From: a virus
Length of the DNA stretch: 64,000 nucleotides
Virus record (IMG/VR): IMGVR_UViG_3300030012_005163
Coordinates: 32,001 to 96,000 of that record
Reading direction: 5' to 3' (one strand)
Positions 19,128 through 28,003 of the stretch are shown one piece after another (the first letter of the stretch is position 1; the number at the start of each line of letters is the position of its first letter). Under the pieces are notes generated by a model that was not told the DNA's origin, did no database searches, and saw only the letters and a list, made by a program, of their open reading frames with translations. The position numbers and the translations under genes were made by a program.

Positions 19128-21107
19128 ATGAGTAATATTAACCAAAATAATTTCAATAATTGTATGAACTTACAATTAAGTAATTCCGATTATTGGGATT
19201 TATTTATTTGTAATGATTGTGGGTGTAGTCTAAATCATCAAGAGATATTAGATGAATGTGTCATTATCGATATAGACATTGATAATAATAAATGTATTAG
19301 TGGTGATTCACTATGTAGTTTAGTGGGTTGGACTGGTGATACGTGTTTTGAAAGATTATCATTACCCACCTCCGCACTGACATTAAATGATATTGGATTA
19401 ACAGGTATTGATAATGGTTTTATTTCTTATGATTGTACAGGATCTACTACAGGATCAACATTTATTGATGTTTATACTGGTTCGTCATTTACAATAACAT
19501 CCGCAGATACAAAATTTTGTTTTACTAGAGTTAGTGGGTGTACTTATACTTATCCCTATCAATTTATTACTTCTGGAAATACCGTAGGTAGATATGTAGA
19601 ATTATGTGGTGGTTTTTATCAAGGATTTTTTAAATTATCAGATAGAACATTTTTTAAAGATATTTCAAATAATATGTTCGTTTGGCCGATGGAGTGGTTT
19701 AATTGTCCACCACCTTGTGGAAGTGGATGTACTGGAACTACTTCTTGTGATTGTAATAATAGTAATCCACTTTTTATTCCCGGCTCAAATAATTGTAATT
19801 GTGGGAATAATAACTGTCAATTATGTGGAACAGTTTATGAAGAAGAATACGTTGGTGGGTGTGGTCCTTGGTGTAAGAATGGTGGTGGGTGTAAAGGATG
19901 TCCAGATCCTAGAAAAGCATATCAATGTTATCTACAAAAAAAACCTACACCATGGAATTATCAAATATTACCAACAAGATATGAAAGTGGATGGACTGCC
20001 GAATTTTGGATGAGAAGAAATAGTAAATCGTGTACAGGAGATACCGGTACAACAATAAATGCATTATACCCTAATAATGAAGGATTATTTTATTATATGG
20101 GGACAAGATCGGAAAATAAGTTTTGGGACGTATTTAGTGGTGAAACAGGATATACTACATCATCGGGATATCCATTACCCCCACCTAAAACTAGTAAGAA
20201 AGAATTACTAAATAATCCTTTTTTAGTTTATCAACCCACAGGAGAATGTTATTTTACTGGTGTTACCACTGTTGTAACAGATGAAAGAGATAAAAATGCT
20301 GATATAGTAAACAATGCATTAGGTTTTAGAATAAGAAAAGATGGTTCTATTGGATATCGTTCATTAGGTGTAAGTGGAGTATGTTCTGCAGTTACTTCTA
20401 CTACTGTTACAAGTTGTTGTGATAGTTGTAAATCTACTTGTAATTGTCAATTATGTGGTACTTATTATGCAAAAGAATATGTTGGTGGTTGTGGATCTTG
20501 GTGTGAAGACTGTAATGTTCCTATGTGTAAAAAAACTGGAACTACTGTACAAGAAAGATATATTACAGGTGTAACAGTTATAGAAGAATATTCTGAAGCA
20601 GGTATAATTCCTAATGATGAATGGTTTCAATTAGCAATTAGATTCTGTGCATACGAAACATATCTTTTTGATGAAATGGATAACATACCTAGACGAAAAG
20701 GTAGATTAGACTTTTTTGTTAATGGTTATCTTAAATATTCTATTGAAGATTTTGATGAATTTTTATTTAAAGATTTATATGAATATAGAGAAAAACAAGA
20801 GGGTGTACCATTTAATTACTCTTTAGGTGGTGGTACACAAGGATTATTAGAAACTAACACTATTGGTGGGCCCGATCCATTAGATGAAAATTTAATTATA
20901 CAAGAAAATTTTGCTGGTAGTTTCTTTGGTGATATATCTAAATTTAGGCTATATGAATGTTGTTTAGATATAACTACAATTAGATATAGATTTAAAAAAT
21001 ACTGTTTAAATTATGGAATTTGTCCACAAGAATTAATAGATTATCTCTTAACTGAGAATAGTAATATTATTTCTAGTGAAGATGGTGAAGATTTCTTAAT
21101 AGTATAA
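19128..21107 (+). CDS. Cys-rich virion protein with a LamG-like C-terminal region
   Basis: About 44 Cys in 659 aa by hand count; GWTAEFW, LDFFVNG and F.GDISKFRLY are LamG-like; ends in a YLLTEN...EDG..LI motif. Confidence 0.6.
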   Translation: MSNINQNNFNNCMNLQLSNSDYWDLFICNDCGCSLNHQEILDECVIIDIDIDNNKCISGDSLCSLVGWTGDTCFERLSLPTSALTLNDIGLTGIDNGFISYDCTGSTTGSTFIDVYTGSSFTITSADTKFCFTRVSGCTYTYPYQFITSGNTVGRYVELCGGFYQGFFKLSDRTFFKDISNNMFVWPMEWFNCPPPCGSGCTGTTSCDCNNSNPLFIPGSNNCNCGNNNCQLCGTVYEEEYVGGCGPWCKNGGGCKGCPDPRKAYQCYLQKKPTPWNYQILPTRYESGWTAEFWMRRNSKSCTGDTGTTINALYPNNEGLFYYMGTRSENKFWDVFSGETGYTTSSGYPLPPPKTSKKELLNNPFLVYQPTGECYFTGVTTVVTDERDKNADIVNNALGFRIRKDGSIGYRSLGVSGVCSAVTSTTVTSCCDSCKSTCNCQLCGTYYAKEYVGGCGSWCEDCNVPMCKKTGTTVQERYITGVTVIEEYSEAGIIPNDEWFQLAIRFCAYETYLFDEMDNIPRRKGRLDFFVNGYLKYSIEDFDEFLFKDLYEYREKQEGVPFNYSLGGGTQGLLETNTIGGPDPLDENLIIQENFAGSFFGDISKFRLYECCLDITTIRYRFKKYCLNYGICPQELIDYLLTENSNIISSEDGEDFLIV

Positions 21108-21157
21108 AATGAATAATAAAGAATATTAACATATTTATATAAAAAAAGAAAAATAAA

Positions 21158-24100
21158 ATGGGATTTCCTAAAAAAATAAGTCAATTACCTTTAAATTTAA
21201 ATTTAAAACCTGAAGATTTATTGGTAACCGTAAATGAGAGTGATGTAACAAGTAAAATAAAATTAGAACAATTAATTAGTTTTGTAACTGGTAGTACTAA
21301 TACTTTTGTAACTGGTGGTACATATAATGATGTAACCCAAAATATAGATTTTAGTGGTAGTAATGGTTTTCCACCTTTTAGTGTGAGTTTAACAGGAATC
21401 AGTACTAGTGATACATTCGTAACCGGTGCAACCTTAAATGGTTTTACCTTAGAGATTGATAGAAATAACGGTGAACCACAAATTACGGTAGATTTAAGTT
21501 CTTTAACTGGTGATACAGATACCAATACATTTGTTACTGGTACAACTTTAGTAGGTACTAACTATACTATTAATCAAAATAACGGATCATCCTTTACAAC
21601 AGACTTTAATCCCATAATTACTGGTAAAGTAGATACTACTACTTTCGATACTTATACTGCGGATACTCAAACAGAAATTAATAATAAATTAGATACAACT
21701 GTTTTTAATACTTATTCTGGACTAACTCAAACTGAAATTAACAATAAATTAGATACTAGTATATTCGACACATATACTGCAAATACTGTAGATAATAATA
21801 CTTTTATTACTGGTACAACGTTAGTTGGTACGGAGTATACTATAAATCAAAATAATGGTTCTGCATTTACTACCAATTTTAATCCCATTGTTAGTGGTTT
21901 TACAACGGGAAGTACACTACAAGAAGTTTTAGAAAATGGTTCTATTGCAGATTTAAAAACTGCCAATATAGATTTGGGGTCAAGCGTTTCTAATCCTGCT
22001 GCAGATGGATTTAGTAGACTTGAATTACAACAAAATGGATTTATCCAACTATCGTCAGAAAATGCTGCAGGTGATTTTGGATTTATAAGGATAAACGGTC
22101 AAACTGGGGAAGCACAGTTAAATCAGGGTGGACTAAAATATGGAACTGATTACTCAGCTACTTTTACTGATAGATCTTTAGTAGATAAAGAATATGTTGA
22201 TGATAATATTAGTAATAAATTAGATATTACTACTTTTGATACTTATACTGCTAATACTACAGATGATGTAGTTACTGGTGCAACTTTAGTAGGTGGAACA
22301 TTAGAATTAGAAAGAAATAATGGTTTATCTGATGTAACTGTGGACTTAAGTTCACTTAGTGGTGACACCAATACTTTTGTAACTGGTGCAACTTTAACTA
22401 ACACTACTTTAGATATAACAAGAAACGATGGTGTAGATATTAGTGTAGATTTATCTTCCATAGATAATAATGTTTTTGTTAATAGTGGAAACGCAAATGC
22501 AGGAACACAACAATTAACATTTACAAATACAACTGGTGGTACATTTAATGTCACCAATGCAGTGGCGTTGTTTAGTGATAATGATATTAATGTTACAGGA
22601 GGAACTTACAACCCAACAAATGGTTGTGTAACATTTAGTACAAATAGTGGGACTACGTTTGATATATGTGGTTTTGTTACTGGATTTACCGATGTATATG
22701 TAACTGGAAGTACATTAGTGGGTACAAACTATACTTTAACACGGACCGACAATACAACAATTACTACAGATTTTGATTCTATTGTAAGTGGTAAAGTAGA
22801 CACTACTACGTTTGAAAGTTATAGTGCTCTTACTCAAATGATAATTGATACTAAATTAGATAAATCTATTTTTAACACCTACACTGCAAATACTACTGAT
22901 GATGTAGTTACTGGTGCAACTTTAGTAGGGGCAACTTTAGAATTAGAGAGAAATAACGGACTAACTGACGTAACGGTGGATTTATCTCCATTAAGTGGTA
23001 TAAGTGAAAATACATTTATTTCTGCTACAACTTTAGTGGGAACAAATTATACACTAGAAAGAAATGATGGAGTAGATATTACAACAGATTTTAACCCTAT
23101 TATAAGTGGTAAAGTAGATACAATTTTATTTGATACTTACACCGCAAATACTACAGATAATGTTGTTACAGGAGCAACTTTAGTAGGTGGAACATTAGAA
23201 TTAGAAAGAAATAATGGATTAAGTGATGTTACTGTAGATTTAAGTTCACTTAGTGGTGATACTAATACTTTTGTAACTGGTGCAACTTTAACTAATACTA
23301 CTTTAGGTATTGAAAGAAATGATGGTGTTACAGTTAGTGTAAATTTAAGTTCTTTAACTGGTGATAGTGATACTAATACTTTTGTAACTGGTACTACATT
23401 AACAGGTAATGATTTAATAATAGAAAGAAATGATAATATAGATATTACCACAGACTTAACACCAATTATTAGTGGTAAAGTAGATACAACTTTATTTGAT
23501 ACATATACGGCAAATACTACAGATAATGTTGTTACAGGAGCAACATTAAATGGTTTCACATTAGAATTAGAGAGGAATAATGGACTAACTGATGTTACAG
23601 TAGACTTAAGTTCATTGACGGGTTCAGTAGATACTAATACTTTTGTAACTGGTACTACATTAACAGGTAATGATTTAATAATAGAAAGAAATGACGGAAT
23701 AGGTATTACTACGGATTTAACACCAGTTTTAAGCGGTAAAGTAAACACAACTTTATTTGATACTTACACCGCAAATACTACAGATAATGTTGTTACAGGA
23801 GCAACATTAAATGGTACTATATTAGAATTAGAAAGAAATAACGGATTAACGGATGTTACTGTAGATTTAAGTTCACTTAGTGGTGATACTAATACTTTTG
23901 TAACTGGTGCAACTTTAACTAACACTACTTTAGATATAACAAGAAACGATGGTGTTAATATACCCGTAAATTTAGGTTCATTAACTTTTACTGGTAATAC
24001 ATCAGGAACATGTATAAATGAACTATGGGTATCTAATATTTCTGGATGTAGTTCAGTAACTATTGGGACTGAATTAATTGTAAATGATTTTATGAGTGGT

Positions 24101-27100
24101 AAAACTACTACTTTATTTGGTGAAAATAATGTTGGTGGTGGATCACGAACATCATTAACACCTACCCTAACAATATTCGACAATCCTGGAACTGGCGGTG
24201 GATCACAAAATTACGCAGGACCAAATTTAAGATTTAGTGATAATGGAAATATTGGTGATATATTTTATAGATATAATGGTGGTGGAAACCTATTAAGTAA
24301 CGCCTTTAATTTTATAAGTGATGGTGGTTTTAATTTTATTGCTGAAGGTGATAACGGAAGTCCTTCACTGAGTGATGGACCTTATTTTAGAATCACAAAA
24401 GGACAATCTTCTTTATTGATTTATGATGACACTACTAGACCTAGAACAGATGTAAAGATTACCAATGCTAATGGAGGTACTGCATATAGTAGATTAGGTG
24501 TAGGTGCACAAAATGATTATTGGTATATCGAGGCAGACGATGTAGATACCCCAATGCATATTGGGTATGATGATAACGGTGTAGATACAAATGTACTTAC
24601 TTTTGAAAAAAGTGATGGGTTATTAGAAGGTTCATTAGAAATTACTAGTGGTTTAACCGCAGATACTATAACACTATCTGACACACCAACATTAAATAAT
24701 TCTGGTACGGAAGTATTAGTAAGAAACAGTACTACAGGAGAAATAGAATATAGGGCATCTTCTACATTTAGTGGTTCTAGTAATGAGGATATAAATACAG
24801 GTAATGTATTATGGGTTGATTCTATTTTTGGTGATGATGGTACTGCACTTACTAATAGACAAGATAAACCTTATTTAACTATAGAATCAGCATTAAATGA
24901 CACAACTAATGGGGATACAGTAATTGTAAGACCTGGAGAATATCCAGAAGAAATTGGTATTCCTGAAGGTGTGTCTTTAGTTAGTGAAGGTGGCTGGGAA
25001 GTTACTATTTTAGGTCCTTCACCAGCAAGTGCAGGTGGTGCAATTGTAGAATTAAGCGAAGACTCTTTTATTGACGGTTTTAGTATTAACGTACCACAAG
25101 GAAGTTTTGACGCACTTATTTCAACACACATTAGTGGTACATCTACCGCCAATAATATTACATTCTACGGTAATGGTGGTGTAGGTAGTACAGGTACAGG
25201 ACTTTATAAAACTGGTGGTGGTAAATTAATTGGTTATGGTATAAGAGTTGAAGGTGGGGGGATGTCTAATTGTTTAAAAGTAGATTCAGGCACTTTAGCA
25301 TTAGAGGGAGTTCACGTACCAGAATCTAATGGTGATATTGATAATGTGTTATTGGTAACCACTTCAAGTGGTACTAATGCCGGTAGAGCACAAATGGTAG
25401 GATTTAATTGTGGAAACAGTAATGTAACTAACGCCATTAGAACTGAAGGTGGTAGTTCAGGAGTAATACCAGTGGCAAAAATATTTACACCTAATATAAG
25501 CAATTCAACTAATGCATTAAGTGCATCAGGAGATTATGAAGAAATTAATTTATTAGGTGGTTCTTTAGAAAATGTAACTTATTCAGTAAATGTAGATTTA
25601 ACTGGTACAGGTATAGATGCATCATATAGAATAACATCTAATCACCAACCAAATTATATTTATCCACCGGCAGTAGCATATACTGCAGAGTTTGGTTTGG
25701 ATTTTACACAAGAATCTACAGATGTATTCAATTCAAGTAAAAATTTATTTGGTTTAGATCAAATGAGTTTAGGGTTTGCAGAAAGAGGAACGGAAATGAA
25801 TGTAGGTAGAGGTGCACCTTCGACTGTAGGTATGAAGATATTTACCACAGATAATACTACAAGTAGTGTTAGTGATGGAGGTAATTTTATTGATGTTACA
25901 GATGATGCAGAATCCAAAGAGGGTAGTACTATAACTTTTCAGAGTGGGGGGACTGGAACTACCATTTTATTTACTACACGAAGAGTTAGTAGTGATTTAA
26001 CAACACCACTAAAATTTTATGGGTTAGATATAAATATATTACAGAAAAAAGTTGGTGGTGATTACGTATTTGAATATTGGAATGGTACAGAATGGAAAAG
26101 GGATTTATGGCATATACACTCAGAAGATTTAGGTTATAGTTATGGTAATGATTTATTTTTAAGAAGTCAGAGTAATGAAAATATTAGTTTTGAACTTAGT
26201 AAAGATTCAGCAAATTTAGAACCAAATAATGATCCTTGGTCAGCTAAGACTATAAATGGTGTTACTGGTTATTGGATGAGATGTAGAATGATATCTACGG
26301 GAACAACTAAACCTACTATCGAACAAGTTAAAATAATTTATGACAGTAGTACAATAAGTAAAGAAGGTGTATTATCATTTAATGGTAGATCACTACATAA
26401 AGAAGAAATAAATTTATTTATGGGTACATGGAGTGATCCAGCAGGAGACTTAGCAAGTTTTAGTGTTACAGTTGGTGATGGAACAGGCGCAGAAACTTGG
26501 ACACAACAGTTTTTAGAATCACAATTTGCTACTAATGGTGACTTTGGTACTTTCCTTATGAAAATACCACAAGGAATTAGTACTTCTCAAAGAGTTAAAG
26601 TAAAAATAACTTATATTTTATCGGGTACCGGTGATGAGGATACACCATCAGAAATGAGATTATCATTCTTACCTGTAGAGGTGGGTAATGTTCTTATTGC
26701 AGATTCAGATGGTGGTAAAACGCCTATACCTAGATCACCGCAAAATGTTACACCATTTAATACTTATCCAGCGGAAATTGTAGAAATTGATACTGATTTT
26801 GGTGAAAATATAGTTTTACAGTCCACTGTTGGTACATTTGATATATCGAATTATTATGAAGGCGATATAATTCTTTTTAGATTAGAACATATACAAGCCA
26901 CAACTATTAATTTAATATCTTTTGATTTAGAAGTTTCTAAATGGAGTTTAGGTAAACAAGCACAACCTTTAGTGGTGGATACACAAATTCTATTAGAGGA
27001 AGATTGGAGTGATTTAGGTGTAGCGAATGGTTGGGTATTCAGACAACCATCATCTACTGCAGGATCTCCACAAAATATATGGACAGTTAGTAGTGACACT

Positions 27101-27583
27101 TCTAGAACTGGTAGTAATTCAGCTTATATAAGTGATGAAACTTGGGCTGGTGGTGTACCACCGTATCAATATAGACTATCACCATCGATAAATTCTTATA
27201 TGTATGTAGATTTTGATGTCCCTTCTAGTTGTATTGCATTAACAGTTAGTTTTTATTGGACATGTGTTGGTGAGTCTTCGTTTGATTATGGAATGGTTGG
27301 GTTAGCACCTACAACATTTACACCATCTAATACTGGATCTGTGACAAACTTTGAGGACTACGAAATGGGTGGTGGCACCGGTAATCGTTTAAATACTAGT
27401 TATGTGGCAGGTGCAACTGAGGGTAACTGGCAATTGGAGACAATATCAGTACCTAGTAATTTATGGACTCCTGGTGAACAAGCTAGATTTATGTTAAGGT
27501 GGAGAAATGATAGTAGTGTTGGAACTCAACCACCAATTGCAATAGATGATATAACAATAACGTCACAATTTATCGTTAGTTAA
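21158..27583 (+). CDS. Giant fibre/adhesin (2141 aa): repeat stalk, pectin-lyase-like beta-helix and C-terminal Bacteroidota-type adhesin domain
   Basis: N-terminal KISQLP; repeats of TFVTGxTL...LExERNxG...xDLS; VLWVDSIFGDD...PYLTIESAL...GDTVIVRPGEY (beta-helix cap); C-terminal SAYISD...GESSFD...WRNDSSVGTQPPIAIDDITI. Confidence 0.75.
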   Translation: MGFPKKISQLPLNLNLKPEDLLVTVNESDVTSKIKLEQLISFVTGSTNTFVTGGTYNDVTQNIDFSGSNGFPPFSVSLTGISTSDTFVTGATLNGFTLEIDRNNGEPQITVDLSSLTGDTDTNTFVTGTTLVGTNYTINQNNGSSFTTDFNPIITGKVDTTTFDTYTADTQTEINNKLDTTVFNTYSGLTQTEINNKLDTSIFDTYTANTVDNNTFITGTTLVGTEYTINQNNGSAFTTNFNPIVSGFTTGSTLQEVLENGSIADLKTANIDLGSSVSNPAADGFSRLELQQNGFIQLSSENAAGDFGFIRINGQTGEAQLNQGGLKYGTDYSATFTDRSLVDKEYVDDNISNKLDITTFDTYTANTTDDVVTGATLVGGTLELERNNGLSDVTVDLSSLSGDTNTFVTGATLTNTTLDITRNDGVDISVDLSSIDNNVFVNSGNANAGTQQLTFTNTTGGTFNVTNAVALFSDNDINVTGGTYNPTNGCVTFSTNSGTTFDICGFVTGFTDVYVTGSTLVGTNYTLTRTDNTTITTDFDSIVSGKVDTTTFESYSALTQMIIDTKLDKSIFNTYTANTTDDVVTGATLVGATLELERNNGLTDVTVDLSPLSGISENTFISATTLVGTNYTLERNDGVDITTDFNPIISGKVDTILFDTYTANTTDNVVTGATLVGGTLELERNNGLSDVTVDLSSLSGDTNTFVTGATLTNTTLGIERNDGVTVSVNLSSLTGDSDTNTFVTGTTLTGNDLIIERNDNIDITTDLTPIISGKVDTTLFDTYTANTTDNVVTGATLNGFTLELERNNGLTDVTVDLSSLTGSVDTNTFVTGTTLTGNDLIIERNDGIGITTDLTPVLSGKVNTTLFDTYTANTTDNVVTGATLNGTILELERNNGLTDVTVDLSSLSGDTNTFVTGATLTNTTLDITRNDGVNIPVNLGSLTFTGNTSGTCINELWVSNISGCSSVTIGTELIVNDFMSGKTTTLFGENNVGGGSRTSLTPTLTIFDNPGTGGGSQNYAGPNLRFSDNGNIGDIFYRYNGGGNLLSNAFNFISDGGFNFIAEGDNGSPSLSDGPYFRITKGQSSLLIYDDTTRPRTDVKITNANGGTAYSRLGVGAQNDYWYIEADDVDTPMHIGYDDNGVDTNVLTFEKSDGLLEGSLEITSGLTADTITLSDTPTLNNSGTEVLVRNSTTGEIEYRASSTFSGSSNEDINTGNVLWVDSIFGDDGTALTNRQDKPYLTIESALNDTTNGDTVIVRPGEYPEEIGIPEGVSLVSEGGWEVTILGPSPASAGGAIVELSEDSFIDGFSINVPQGSFDALISTHISGTSTANNITFYGNGGVGSTGTGLYKTGGGKLIGYGIRVEGGGMSNCLKVDSGTLALEGVHVPESNGDIDNVLLVTTSSGTNAGRAQMVGFNCGNSNVTNAIRTEGGSSGVIPVAKIFTPNISNSTNALSASGDYEEINLLGGSLENVTYSVNVDLTGTGIDASYRITSNHQPNYIYPPAVAYTAEFGLDFTQESTDVFNSSKNLFGLDQMSLGFAERGTEMNVGRGAPSTVGMKIFTTDNTTSSVSDGGNFIDVTDDAESKEGSTITFQSGGTGTTILFTTRRVSSDLTTPLKFYGLDINILQKKVGGDYVFEYWNGTEWKRDLWHIHSEDLGYSYGNDLFLRSQSNENISFELSKDSANLEPNNDPWSAKTINGVTGYWMRCRMISTGTTKPTIEQVKIIYDSSTISKEGVLSFNGRSLHKEEINLFMGTWSDPAGDLASFSVTVGDGTGAETWTQQFLESQFATNGDFGTFLMKIPQGISTSQRVKVKITYILSGTGDEDTPSEMRLSFLPVEVGNVLIADSDGGKTPIPRSPQNVTPFNTYPAEIVEIDTDFGENIVLQSTVGTFDISNYYEGDIILFRLEHIQATTINLISFDLEVSKWSLGKQAQPLVVDTQILLEEDWSDLGVANGWVFRQPSSTAGSPQNIWTVSSDTSRTGSNSAYISDETWAGGVPPYQYRLSPSINSYMYVDFDVPSSCIALTVSFYWTCVGESSFDYGMVGLAPTTFTPSNTGSVTNFEDYEMGGGTGNRLNTSYVAGATEGNWQLETISVPSNLWTPGEQARFMLRWRNDSSVGTQPPIAIDDITITSQFIVS
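21280..23990 (+). repeat. Intragenic tandem repeat array forming the fibre stalk
   Basis: Long identical DNA strings recur, for example GATACTTACACCGCAAATACTACAGATAATGTTGTTACAGGAGCAAC near 23131 and 23760, and GATACTAATACTTTTGTAACTGGTACTACATTAACAGGTAATGATTTAATAATAGAAAGAAATGA near 23370 and 23631. Confidence 0.9.
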
Positions 27584-27584
27584 T

Positions 27585-27953
27585 ATGGAATTTTTTATAA
27601 ATCAAAATAGTACTTTACCACCACTAAAAATGGAATTAATAAATGATGGTAGAAATGATTTCAAAAAGTTTTTTGAAAAAATACAAAATGCAACTATTAA
27701 ATTTAATATGTATGATGTAGATAATAAAGTTAAAAGAATCGCCAATTCACCGGCAGATATTGAATTAAAATGTGAATCTTGTGATATAGGTGGAGATGAA
27801 AACGAATATTATATTGTATATAATTGGAGAAATAGGGATACTAAAAAAGTTGGTAAATTTAACGGTGAATTTATTATAGAATTTTTAGACGGTACGGGAA
27901 CATTAATTGCACCAATTAGAGACAAATTATTTATTAATGTCTTAGAAGTTTGA
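27585..27953 (+). CDS. BppU-N-like Ig-fold baseplate/fibre attachment protein
   Basis: FFINQNSTLP.L...L......IQNATIKFNM...Y.W...DT...G.F.GEF.I.F...GTLI.P pattern. Confidence 0.6.
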   Translation: MEFFINQNSTLPPLKMELINDGRNDFKKFFEKIQNATIKFNMYDVDNKVKRIANSPADIELKCESCDIGGDENEYYIVYNWRNRDTKKVGKFNGEFIIEFLDGTGTLIAPIRDKLFINVLEV

Positions 27954-27979
27954 TAATTACATTTTTTTTCGTATATTTG
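27949..27979 (+). promoter_or_regulatory. Bacteroidota-type housekeeping promoter for DNA polymerase
   Basis: TTTG (27949-27952), 19-nt spacer, TATATTTG (27972-27979); matches the -33 TTTG and -7 TAnnTTTG consensus. Confidence 0.7.
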
Positions 27980-28003
27980 TAATAATAATTAATATTATAT
28001 AAT

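Noticed and set aside
7806-22685. Repeat pair at about 7806-8030 and 22463-22685 considered as a diversity-generating retroelement TR/VR pair
   Set aside because: Differences are mainly synonymous third-position changes, not adenine-specific. Both copies are mid-gene and no reverse transcriptase is present in the window.
7131-27099. Many 60-200 aa minus-strand ORFs and alternate-frame plus ORFs inside the fibre genes (for example 7131..7670, 16934..17290, 19606..20013, 23137..23748)
   Set aside because: Shadows of repetitive Thr/Gly/collagen coding with no independent motifs, promoters or plausible composition.
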